From contig CAYRFI010000004.1 of NCBI GenBank assembly GCA_964423595.1, forward strand, positions 12,327-76,326: a stretch of DNA of 64,000 nucleotides, in the 5' to 3' direction. The translations under genes and the position numbers were made by a program. This document shows, one piece after another, positions 46,497-54,585 of this stretch (within the stretch, counting starts at the first letter, position 1; every line of letters starts with the position of its first letter). Source of the stretch: an uncultured Thermoanaerobaculia bacterium (GTDB taxonomy: Bacteria; Acidobacteriota; Thermoanaerobaculia; Thermoanaerobaculales; Sulfomarinibacteraceae). Under the pieces are notes generated by a model. The model saw nothing but the letters and a program-made list of their open reading frames with translations, was not told the origin of the DNA and did not search any database.

Positions 46497-47534
46497 ATGG
46501 GCTTGCGGGACGAGATCTTCGAGCAACCGGCGGTGATTCGGCGCCTGCTCGAGATGCAGGCCGAAACGGTGCGCGAGGTCGCGGCCCGCATCCGCGACGA
46601 AAACCCATCGTTCGTCTACCTCGCCGCCCGCGGCACCTCGGACAACGCCGGCCTCTATGCGAAGTATCTGTGGGGAATCTGCGACGGCCTCCCGGTGGCG
46701 TTGGCGGCGCCGTCGATGTTCAGCGTTTTCAAGAAACCGCCGAGGATCAAAGATGCGCTGGTGGTTGCGATCTCACAATCGGGCCGGAGTCCTGACATCA
46801 TCAGCGTCGTCGAGGAGGGCCGTCGCCAGGGTGCGCTGACCCTCGCCATCACCAATGACGGCAACTCGCCGCTCGCCGGGGCGGCCGAGCTCGTCATCGA
46901 TTTGGTTGCCGGTCCCGAAAAGGCGGTTGCCGCCACCAAGACCTATACGGCCCAGCTCACCGCCATCGCCATGCTGTCGGTCGCCCTCAGCGGCGACGCC
47001 GAGCAGCGCGAATGGCTGGGGCGGCTCCCCTCCCTGGTCGAGGACGCGCTCAAGCTCGACGAGACCGTCAAGGACGCCTCCGACCGCTACCGTTACATGA
47101 ACGAGTGCGTGGTCCTCGGCCGCGGCTTCAACTACGCCACCGCCCACGAGTGGTCACTGAAGCTCAAGGAGCTCGCCTACGTGGTCGCCGAGCCGTACTC
47201 GTCTGCAGACTTCCAGCACGGACCGGTGGCTCTCGCCCGTCCCGGTTTCCCGGTCTTCGCGGTGGTGCCCGGCGGCAAGATCGACCAGGAAATCATCACC
47301 CTCCTCACCGAGCTCGTGCAGAACCAGCAGGTTGAGCTGCTCGCCGTCTCCTCGGAGGGTTCGGCCCTGGCCCTCGCCAACACGCCCGTCCAGTTGCCGG
47401 AGCGACTGCCGGAGTGGCTCACGCCGATCCCCGCCATCGTCCCCGCGCAGCTCTTCTGCTATCACCTGACCCGGGCCAAGGGCTACAACACCGAAGGCCC
47501 CCGCGGGCTGTCGAAGGTGACGTTGACATGGTGA
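46497..47534 (+). CDS. Double-SIS-domain sugar-phosphate isomerase/deaminase (GlmS-isomerase-like; NagB-II-type glucosamine-6-phosphate deaminase candidate)
   Basis: AISQSGRSPD, KAVAATKTYTAQL and EWSLKLKELAY..AEPYSSADFQHGP. ATG 46497 follows GGAGGTGGG; the ORF-track start at 46263 is read-through. Confidence 0.75.
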   Translation: MGLRDEIFEQPAVIRRLLEMQAETVREVAARIRDENPSFVYLAARGTSDNAGLYAKYLWGICDGLPVALAAPSMFSVFKKPPRIKDALVVAISQSGRSPDIISVVEEGRRQGALTLAITNDGNSPLAGAAELVIDLVAGPEKAVAATKTYTAQLTAIAMLSVALSGDAEQREWLGRLPSLVEDALKLDETVKDASDRYRYMNECVVLGRGFNYATAHEWSLKLKELAYVVAEPYSSADFQHGPVALARPGFPVFAVVPGGKIDQEIITLLTELVQNQQVELLAVSSEGSALALANTPVQLPERLPEWLTPIPAIVPAQLFCYHLTRAKGYNTEGPRGLSKVTLTW

Positions 47535-48649
47535 CCCGGGTTTTCGGCGCTGCGGCTGCCGTAATACTTGCCCTCATTTCCGGCCAGGCGCTCGCCGAGG
47601 AGCCGACTGACCTCGACGCTGTCCTCCCAGTCCGGGGCTTCGCGATCGGAGTCCCGTCACCCGAACGCGTCGATGACTTCATCGATTTCATCGACGGCGA
47701 GCTGGTGCCGAACAACGTCAATACTCTCGTCCTGCGGGTGGACTTCAAGTACCGCTACAAGTCACACCCCGAGCTCCGCGACGAGGACGCCCTCGGCAAA
47801 TCCGATGTGCGCAAGATCGTCAAGGCCTGCCGGAAAGGCGGCATCCGCCTCATCCCGCAGATCAACCTCCTCGGCCACCAGTCGTGGGAGACCGAGCCCG
47901 GCCGATTGCTCGAGGTCTACCCCGAGTTCGACGAGACGCCGTGGATCGAGATTCCGGAGACCTATCAGTGGCCGAACCCTGACGGTCTCTACTGCAAGAG
48001 CTACTGCCCCCTCCACCCTGACGTGCACAACGTGGTCTTTGCATTGGTCGACGAGCTGGTCAAGGTCTTCAACGCGGACGCCTTCCACGCCGGTATGGAC
48101 GAGGTCTTCTACATCGGCATGGATCGCTGCCCGCGCTGCCGGGGACGCGACAAGGCGGAGCTCTTCGCCGGCGAGGTCGCCCGCGTGCGCAACCACCTCG
48201 CCCGATCAGGCGTCGAGCTGTGGATCTGGGGCGACCGGCTGCTCGACGGCGCGACGACCGGCATCGGCGAGTGGGAGGCGAGCATGAACAGCACCCACCG
48301 CGCCATCGATCTCATCCCGAAAGACATCATGATCAACGACTGGCACTACGAGCGCGCCGACCCGACCGCGCCTTACTTCGCGGCCCAGGGGTTCACGGTA
48401 GTGACCTGCCCATGGAAGCTGGGCGAGGTTGCCGTCACCCAGATCGAGGACATGATTCGCTTCCGCCGCAGCTCGACGCCCACGATGCGCGATCACTTCG
48501 CCGGGGTTATGCAAACAATCTGGTCCCCGGCCGACGCCTTCCTCGACCAGTATTTCGGACGCGTACCGCCGGTCGAAAACGTGTACGGCGGCGATCCGAT
48601 CGCGTGCAGCAAGACCGTTTTCGAGGAGTTCAGGAAGCTCGACCGGTGA
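47528..48649 (+). CDS. GH20-like catalytic-domain protein, secreted
   Basis: Signal peptide MVTRVFGAAAAVILALISGQALA. IPQINLLGHQSW and AFHAGMDEVF resemble the GH20 H-x-G-x-D-E block. It overlaps the SIS gene by 7 nt. Confidence 0.6.
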   Translation: MVTRVFGAAAAVILALISGQALAEEPTDLDAVLPVRGFAIGVPSPERVDDFIDFIDGELVPNNVNTLVLRVDFKYRYKSHPELRDEDALGKSDVRKIVKACRKGGIRLIPQINLLGHQSWETEPGRLLEVYPEFDETPWIEIPETYQWPNPDGLYCKSYCPLHPDVHNVVFALVDELVKVFNADAFHAGMDEVFYIGMDRCPRCRGRDKAELFAGEVARVRNHLARSGVELWIWGDRLLDGATTGIGEWEASMNSTHRAIDLIPKDIMINDWHYERADPTAPYFAAQGFTVVTCPWKLGEVAVTQIEDMIRFRRSSTPTMRDHFAGVMQTIWSPADAFLDQYFGRVPPVENVYGGDPIACSKTVFEEFRKLDR

Positions 48650-48652
48650 TCG

Positions 48653-49057
48653 CTATTCGTCAGATGGTGAATCACCGCGGTCTTTGTTCATGCTCTCCGA
48701 GATGTGCACGGCGACAAAACCGGCCACCATCACCGCCAGGTAGAGCTGGCCGATCAGGGCCTCGAGCCAGGCCAGGGTCTGCGCATGCTCGGCGGCGGGT
48801 GTGATGTCCCCATAACCAAGGGTCGTGAGGGTAACGAAGCTGTAGTAGGTAAAGACCGGCACAAGGCTCGACTCTTCGGATGCCGCAGCACCGATGCCCT
48901 GGTTGGAAATGGAAAAAGTCCCCGGCCGCCGGTGCTCCATGTGGGCGCAGATCAGGGCCAAGAAGATATTGCGGTACGGCCGCTCGCGGTAGGCCTCGTA
49001 TATTGTTTTCCGGCCGGTCATGGTAGGGAGATCCAACCTCAGCTCGGGGTGGGCCAC
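48653..49057 (-). CDS. Minimal K+-channel pore protein (2-TM, selectivity filter TLGYGD)
   Basis: FTYYSFVTLTTLGYGDITP (pore helix + filter) followed by inner helix LAWLEALIGQLYLAVMVAGFV. The first TM segment is short (IFLALICAHM). The start is uncertain (ATG 49057 or 49021). Confidence 0.65.
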   Translation of the reverse strand: MAHPELRLDLPTMTGRKTIYEAYRERPYRNIFLALICAHMEHRRPGTFSISNQGIGAAASEESSLVPVFTYYSFVTLTTLGYGDITPAAEHAQTLAWLEALIGQLYLAVMVAGFVAVHISESMNKDRGDSPSDE

Positions 49058-49124
49058 AAAAAACGGAATTCCCGTTCGACCTCGATCCGGCTACAATTGC
49101 GGCGTACCCCTGGGAGGAACCAGC

Positions 49125-49958
49125 ATGCGTCAGGTCATCATCGCAATCGTTTTCGTTGTGGTCGCTGCAGCCCCTGGCGGAGCGGTGGAGTTTCTCGGCG
49201 TCGAGCTGTGCGCGGATCCGGTCGACACCGGTGTCATCTTGCCCGCGGAATCCCCGCTGTCTTTGGAGAGCGTCGAGGTAGGCCAGCACGGGGGGTTGGT
49301 GATGCTCCTCCACTCGAAGAAGGGCGCCGTCCTCGAGCAGGTCGATGATCTAATGGCGTCCTTCACCGGCAGCCGCGGCACAGGTGACGACCGCAAGCTC
49401 GAGTGGACGAGCGACGAGATCACCGCCTTCGCCCAGGTCATCAAGAAGGACTATGTCGCCCTTGCCGTCACCGCAACCACAGACTGCTCGGTCGAACCCG
49501 AAGCCGTTGCGGAGGCGGCGACCGTCGAAAGCGACGAGAGCCCTGAGGTCGAGGCAACCTTGGACACCTTCAATAGAGAGGCGGTCGCGGCTGCCGCAGC
49601 CGCCGGCGCAGCGACCGCGACTGAAGAGCCGACCGTGGTTGAGGAGCCGACCGAGGACGAATCGCCGGCCGAGGATTTGGACTTCGCGCTCAAGGGACGC
49701 CTCAAACACTCAGCCGCGGGGGACGACTGGGTCGACGTTATGGGCATCGTCGTCAACAACTCCGGTGCCTCGTACGCTGTCGCCAGCTTCGACCTCAGTC
49801 TCTACGATGGCGGCGGCGAGCTCATCTGCGTCGACACGATTTCAGTCAACCAGTTGCGAGAGGGGCAGGAGCGCGCCTTCCGCGGCGCCATCCGCTGCGC
49901 CGATTACGTTGCAGACGAGGTCGCGAGCTGGAAGCTCCAGTTCGCCGGCGGGCACTAG
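49125..49958 (+). CDS. Secreted protein of unknown function with an acidic Ala/Glu/Pro/Thr-rich linker
   Basis: Signal peptide MRQVIIAIVFVVVAAAPGGAVE, with GGGAGGA upstream of ATG 49125. I recognise no catalytic motif. Confidence 0.55.
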   Translation: MRQVIIAIVFVVVAAAPGGAVEFLGVELCADPVDTGVILPAESPLSLESVEVGQHGGLVMLLHSKKGAVLEQVDDLMASFTGSRGTGDDRKLEWTSDEITAFAQVIKKDYVALAVTATTDCSVEPEAVAEAATVESDESPEVEATLDTFNREAVAAAAAAGAATATEEPTVVEEPTEDESPAEDLDFALKGRLKHSAAGDDWVDVMGIVVNNSGASYAVASFDLSLYDGGGELICVDTISVNQLREGQERAFRGAIRCADYVADEVASWKLQFAGGH

Positions 49959-49989
49959 CCCGCATATCTCACCAACTATCTGCTGCGGC
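49958..49989 (+). repeat. Third copy of the CCCGCATATCTCACC repeat (29 of 32 nt identical to the reverse complement of 6141-6172)
   Basis: AGCCCGCATATCTCACCAACTATCTGCTGCGG compares with AGCCCGCATATCTCACCAACTTCCTGCTGCGA. It begins inside the stop codon of the preceding gene. Confidence 0.75.
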
Positions 49990-49997
49990 CGGAATTG

Positions 49998-51506
49998 TTA
50001 CGGCGTAACGGGACCGGCCGGGGTGACTCGGCGACCTGCGCGACGGGTGATGACGCTGCGGCTTTCGAGAGCAGCTTTGATGAGATCGCCGTCCGCCTGG
50101 GAGATCCCAGCCGACGGGATGGTGATCGTTTGGTCGTCACCCCCCATCGGCGGCAGGCCGTTCGGCTGGTTGTTGATGACGAGGACGGCCACCGCGCCGG
50201 CATTCTGAGCGTTCTTTACCTTCTGGGTGAAAAAACATGTGCCCCGATCGATGACGGCGATCCTGCCCGCAATTTCGGAGGCATTGACCAGGGATTCGCA
50301 GCCCAACGTCGGTGCTTCTGAACCGTCATCCACCACCGCCAGCTCGCCGCTGACTCCGGTCAGGTTAATCGACGGTCCGAACTCGGCGGATTGCACCGCA
50401 TAGCTTCCCTCGATATCGCTCGGCGAGTTGATGGTGAGAGTCGGCGCGTTGTCGAGAAAGGCGGGCGCCGCGTTGGTGGTCTGGGGACCGTCCCACACCA
50501 CCCGGTTGGTGTTGACCGCCGATGCCCGGCGTTGGGTGTTGGTCATCTCCGACCAGTGAAGCTGCTCGTCTTTGTCGAAAGTGAAAACTGTGTAGATGTC
50601 CGGCATCGGCGGGAGGCCGGGAAAATCAGGCGGCGAGCCGGTGGCGTCGTCGACGAAGTTGGCGAAACCCAAGCCGTGACCCATTTCATGGAGCGCCACC
50701 GAGGCAAAGGAGACCTGGCCAGTTGGCGTGTTCCCGTCCAACCCGTAGTAGTAGCGGTACCCGGGCGCCAGACAGCCTTCGTCGATCTGGCGGTTGAAGG
50801 TGACGACGAGCTCACCAGCCTCCGGAGGATAGGCGTCCTCGGTGGTGCTGAGGTTCTCGTCGGCAAGCGCTTCGGCCAGGGCGCCGTGATACCAGGTTCC
50901 CTGCCTCGGTGCGTTGGGAAAATCGAAGAACAGGAATTGAGCGCCCGCGGCAGCCAGGACCGCTCCGTCTTCGGGTTCGGGGCCGCAATCGAGCTCGTCA
51001 AAGGACGTCTCGATGTTGATCTCGACGCCGCTTCCGAGGAGGGATGCCCAGACGCCCGCGACCCACTGCATGGCGGCCAGACGCTGTCCGCCCAACGTCG
51101 TCCCACCCGGATTGTCCGGAGCTGCCGGCACGGCTGTCGGGTCATTGAAACCCTCTTCCTCGGGGTCAGTGACCCGGATGGTCATCACGGATGAACCCTG
51201 CGGCCAGCCGATGTCCAAGAAGTGCGGCAGGGTCAGGTCGACCTCGCCCAACGGCACGGTGGGAGAGTATGACGGCTCCATCAGTAGGTCCGGGGTGGCC
51301 GAGAGGTCCCAGTGGGAAATCGAGGAGCCTGCTTCCAGGGGGTCCGGAGTGTAGAGCAGCAGCTGTTCAAGGTCGTCGGTGCCCGAAAGCCTTGTGGGGT
51401 CGAGGGCCAGAGTCCCGTTGACCTCGGCCGCTCCGGCAGGGACCACCAAGACCATGGCCAACACTGGAAACAGGCACGCCAGGCGCAGCGCGATTCGCAT
51501 CGACAT
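49998..51506 (-). CDS. Secreted zinc metalloprotease (HExxH) with C-terminal PA (protease-associated) domain
   Basis: VALHEMGHGLGF. The PA-like block is AVIDRGTCFFTQKVKNAQNAGAVAVLVINN. Signal peptide MSMRIALRLACLFPVLAMVLVVPAGA. Confidence 0.7.
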   Translation of the reverse strand: MSMRIALRLACLFPVLAMVLVVPAGAAEVNGTLALDPTRLSGTDDLEQLLLYTPDPLEAGSSISHWDLSATPDLLMEPSYSPTVPLGEVDLTLPHFLDIGWPQGSSVMTIRVTDPEEEGFNDPTAVPAAPDNPGGTTLGGQRLAAMQWVAGVWASLLGSGVEINIETSFDELDCGPEPEDGAVLAAAGAQFLFFDFPNAPRQGTWYHGALAEALADENLSTTEDAYPPEAGELVVTFNRQIDEGCLAPGYRYYYGLDGNTPTGQVSFASVALHEMGHGLGFANFVDDATGSPPDFPGLPPMPDIYTVFTFDKDEQLHWSEMTNTQRRASAVNTNRVVWDGPQTTNAAPAFLDNAPTLTINSPSDIEGSYAVQSAEFGPSINLTGVSGELAVVDDGSEAPTLGCESLVNASEIAGRIAVIDRGTCFFTQKVKNAQNAGAVAVLVINNQPNGLPPMGGDDQTITIPSAGISQADGDLIKAALESRSVITRRAGRRVTPAGPVTP

Positions 51507-51510
51507 GCCC

Positions 51511-51987
51511 CTATTTGTCCCGGGGCTCTGCATCCGCCCCGGCCGACTCGTCATGCAAGAATTTCTCGGCCGCATGCGAGCTATTTGTGCAGAGGGTTTC
51601 CAAAGACCCGTCCGGTTTCATCCGGACCATAAGTACATGCTCGAAACGGCCGTCCAGAAAGACGCCCTTGCCGCCGTCTGCAAGCTCGAAGACCCGCAGG
51701 CCGTCGGTCGAGCGGGTCAACGCCTTGGTCAGCGGGGCGGACAGGACATCGGTTTCCCGAAGCGGCACGGAAATGATTTCGCCGGTTTCCGGGTCGACGA
51801 AGACCTTCATCAATTTCGTCACACCGGTTTCGGCGCTCGACGCCTTCGGCGCCTGCCGCCTGAGCTCTGGATTTTCGTCTGGAGAGGACGCGGCCACCGG
51901 CACCGCGATAGCCGCCATCACGAAGGCGACACACAGGGCCCGGATGGTGCGGGAGGCGTTCCCTCGCGCATGAGGTCTTTGGTTCAT
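51511..51987 (-). CDS. Small secreted protein of unknown function, immediately upstream of the metalloprotease
   Basis: The N-terminal hydrophobic segment ALCVAFVMAAIAVPVAA acts as a signal peptide. The stop is 4 nt before the protease start. Confidence 0.5.
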   Translation of the reverse strand: MNQRPHARGNASRTIRALCVAFVMAAIAVPVAASSPDENPELRRQAPKASSAETGVTKLMKVFVDPETGEIISVPLRETDVLSAPLTKALTRSTDGLRVFELADGGKGVFLDGRFEHVLMVRMKPDGSLETLCTNSSHAAEKFLHDESAGADAEPRDK

Positions 51988-52408
51988 GGGTTGCTCCGTT
52001 TGGGCCTCTCAGAAAGCCGCCGGTAGTCATGTCGTGGCCGGATAACCGTGTCGGCGGGGCAATAAATGCCAGTCCGCACTCTCAGCATACCTTCCCGAGG
52101 GAAAAACCGTCTCGGTGCTCACGTCAAACAACGGTCAAAGCGCCGCCGGTACTCCATGCGTGGTGCCTGCGGAGGGGCATGGCGCCGGATGAGGGGGCTG
52201 CTGAGAGCGAATTCGATCACGGCGAGAGGCAGCTGCTGTTGCCGCCTGACGAAAATCCGCCCGTTGCGGGCACCGATGGTTGGCACTATCTTGTCAGAAG
52301 GGCACACCCGGATCGGTCGTGACCGTGGGACGAATAGGCGAATTCGAGCTTGAGAGGGCCTGAGGTGGAGTGCGTCACGCCGCCGGCCGCTGAAAGTTGG
52401 GGTGAGTT

Positions 52409-53320
52409 GTGACTTTCACCCGCAGGCAGTTGCTGAGAACGGTGGGTGCCGCCTGCGCCGCCGACATTGTTCCGAGGGGCGCGGCCGCGAGCAACGGTGA
52501 GTCAACTGCCGACGACAGCGTCGGTGTGCTCGTGGACACCACCGCCTGCATCGGCTGCCGCAAGTGCGAGTGGGCGTGCAATCGCGCCAACCAGCTTCCG
52601 GTCCAGCCCCTCGAGACCTTCGAGGATGTCCTGGTGTTCGCGGACGATCGCCGCCCTGACGCCGCTCACTATACGGTGGTGAACCGCTTTCCCGGAGCGA
52701 CCCCGGCGGCGCCTCCGGTCCACGTCAAGGTCCAATGTATGCATTGCAACGAACCGGCGTGCGCTTCGGCGTGCCTGGTGAGCGCGCTGGTGAAGCAGGC
52801 GAACGGGGCGGTGACCTACGACCCATGGCGCTGCATGGGTTGCCGCTACTGCATGGTCGTGTGCCCTTTCGGCGTGCCTGCCTACGAGTACCACAACCCC
52901 ACCACACCCCGGGTTCGCAAGTGCAGCTTCTGCCACGAGCGGGTCGTCAACGAGGGACGGCTGCCGGCCTGTGTGGAGATCTGCCCTCCCCAATGTCTCA
53001 TCTTCGGCCAACGCGCCGAACTCCTCCGGCTCGCCCATCGGCGGATACGCAGGGAACCGGACCGCTATGTGGATCACGTGTACGGTGAAACCGAGGCCGG
53101 TGGCACCTCCTGGCTTTACCTGGCGAGCACCCAGTTCGCCGAGCTCGGGTTTCCCACCCTCTCGCCGCAGTCCCCGTCGCATCTCACCGAGTCCCTCCAG
53201 CACGGCCTCTTCAGGAATTTCATCCCGCCGCTCTCCTTGTTTGCGGTGCTCACAGCGGTCATGGCCCTCACTCACCCTGACGCGACCCGGGACGGATCCC
53301 GCGACGGGGAGCAACGTTGA
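52409..53320 (+). CDS. Tat-exported 4x[4Fe-4S] ferredoxin subunit (HybA/NrfC/DsrO/HmcB-type) with C-terminal TM anchor
   Basis: Twin-arginine TRRQLL. Cys clusters are CIGCRKCEWAC, CMHCNEPACASAC, CMGCRYCMVVCP and CSFCHERV...LPACVEICP. C-terminal hydrophobic IPPLSLFAVLTAVMAL. GTG start. Confidence 0.8.
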   Translation: MTFTRRQLLRTVGAACAADIVPRGAAASNGESTADDSVGVLVDTTACIGCRKCEWACNRANQLPVQPLETFEDVLVFADDRRPDAAHYTVVNRFPGATPAAPPVHVKVQCMHCNEPACASACLVSALVKQANGAVTYDPWRCMGCRYCMVVCPFGVPAYEYHNPTTPRVRKCSFCHERVVNEGRLPACVEICPPQCLIFGQRAELLRLAHRRIRREPDRYVDHVYGETEAGGTSWLYLASTQFAELGFPTLSPQSPSHLTESLQHGLFRNFIPPLSLFAVLTAVMALTHPDATRDGSRDGEQR

Positions 53321-54585
53321 CCCACCTTGAAGCCGCCCCTCTCGACCGACGACTGAACACGCCGGGGGTGCGCGTGCTCCTGCTGCTGATGGCCGTGGGT
53401 GCGGGGTTCGCCGTTGTTCGCTTCCGGTCGGGGCTCGGGGCGGTCACCCACCTCGACGACCGCTTCCCGTGGGGACTGTGGATCGCTGTCGATGTCGCCA
53501 CCGGCGTGGCCCTCGCCGCCGGCGGCTTCACGACCGCTGCCGTCACCCACATCTTCCACCGTCATCGCTACGAATCGTTGACCCGTCCCGCCCTGCTCAC
53601 CGCCGCGCTCGGATACACCTTCGTGGCACTGGGGATCCTCATGGACCTGGGCCGCTACTACAACATCTGGCACCCGGCGCTTCCCTCCATGTGGTCGGGC
53701 CACTCGGCGCTCTTCGAAGTGGCCATGTGCGTCATGGCGTATCTCACCGTGCTCTATATAGAGCTCGTGCCGATCGTGGTCGAACGCTTTGGCGGACGGG
53801 TGCGTCTGCCCGGCCCCCTGGCCCTTCTCGACCGCCCAGTTGAAGTCTTCCTTTACCTGTTCGATAAGACCCTCGGCCGGGTGATGTTCGTATTCATCAT
53901 CCTCGGTGTCGTTCTTTCGTGTCTGCACCAATCGTCCCTCGGCACCCTGATGCTGCTGGCACCATCGAAGATGAACCCTCTGTGGTGGACGCCGATCCTA
54001 CCCCTCTTGTTCCTGCTTTCGGCGGTGGCGGTGGGTTTCTCCATGGTCATCTTCGAGTCCCTGGTGTCCGCGCGGGCGTTCGGCCGGCGGCCCGAGTTGA
54101 ACGTGCTCGGCTCTCTCGCGCGAATCGTGCCGGTGGTCCTGCTGGTGTATCTCGGGTGCAAGGTCGCGGACCTGGCCATCCGTGGGGTGGTCCCACGCCT
54201 CCTTGACGGGAGCACCGCCTCGACCATCTTCCTGCTCGAGGTCGGCGCCGGCGTGGTGGTTCCGCTCGTCATGCTGTTCTCGGATCGGGTGCGGCGCAGC
54301 CCGAGGCTGCTGCTCACCGCCGCCACTCTGACGGTCCTCGGCGTCGCCGGCAACCGGATCGACGTCTTCCTGGTGGCCTACACGCCACCCTTCGCCACCC
54401 ACCGTTATGTTCCGAGTATCGGCGAGGTCGCCGTCACGGTTGGCCTCATCGCCGGGCTGGTGCTGCTCTACCGCGTGCTGGTGACCGTGCTCCCGATTCT
54501 GCCCGCCGGGGAGGACGCCGAGCCTGCCGATCCAGACATGCATCGCCCCAGAGGCTGGCTGGCGGCCAGCTGGGGCAAGTGGTGA
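53317..54585 (+). CDS. NrfD/PsrC/HybB-family integral membrane quinone-interacting subunit
   Basis: About 10 TM segments. The N-terminus ...FAVVRFRSGLGAVTHLDDRFPWGLWIAVDVATGVALAAGGF is typical of the HybB/DsrP/HmcC family. The TTG start overlaps the upstream stop (TTGA). Confidence 0.75.
   Translation: MTHLEAAPLDRRLNTPGVRVLLLLMAVGAGFAVVRFRSGLGAVTHLDDRFPWGLWIAVDVATGVALAAGGFTTAAVTHIFHRHRYESLTRPALLTAALGYTFVALGILMDLGRYYNIWHPALPSMWSGHSALFEVAMCVMAYLTVLYIELVPIVVERFGGRVRLPGPLALLDRPVEVFLYLFDKTLGRVMFVFIILGVVLSCLHQSSLGTLMLLAPSKMNPLWWTPILPLLFLLSAVAVGFSMVIFESLVSARAFGRRPELNVLGSLARIVPVVLLVYLGCKVADLAIRGVVPRLLDGSTASTIFLLEVGAGVVVPLVMLFSDRVRRSPRLLLTAATLTVLGVAGNRIDVFLVAYTPPFATHRYVPSIGEVAVTVGLIAGLVLLYRVLVTVLPILPAGEDAEPADPDMHRPRGWLAASWGKW

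Noticed and set aside
52029-52353. Small ORFs (97 aa and 95 aa, plus strand) in the 420-nt gap upstream of the FeS/NrfD/cytochrome operon
   Set aside because: There is no RBS, no motif, the composition is Arg/Pro-rich, and the frames overlap one another. This is more likely a non-coding promoter or leader region.
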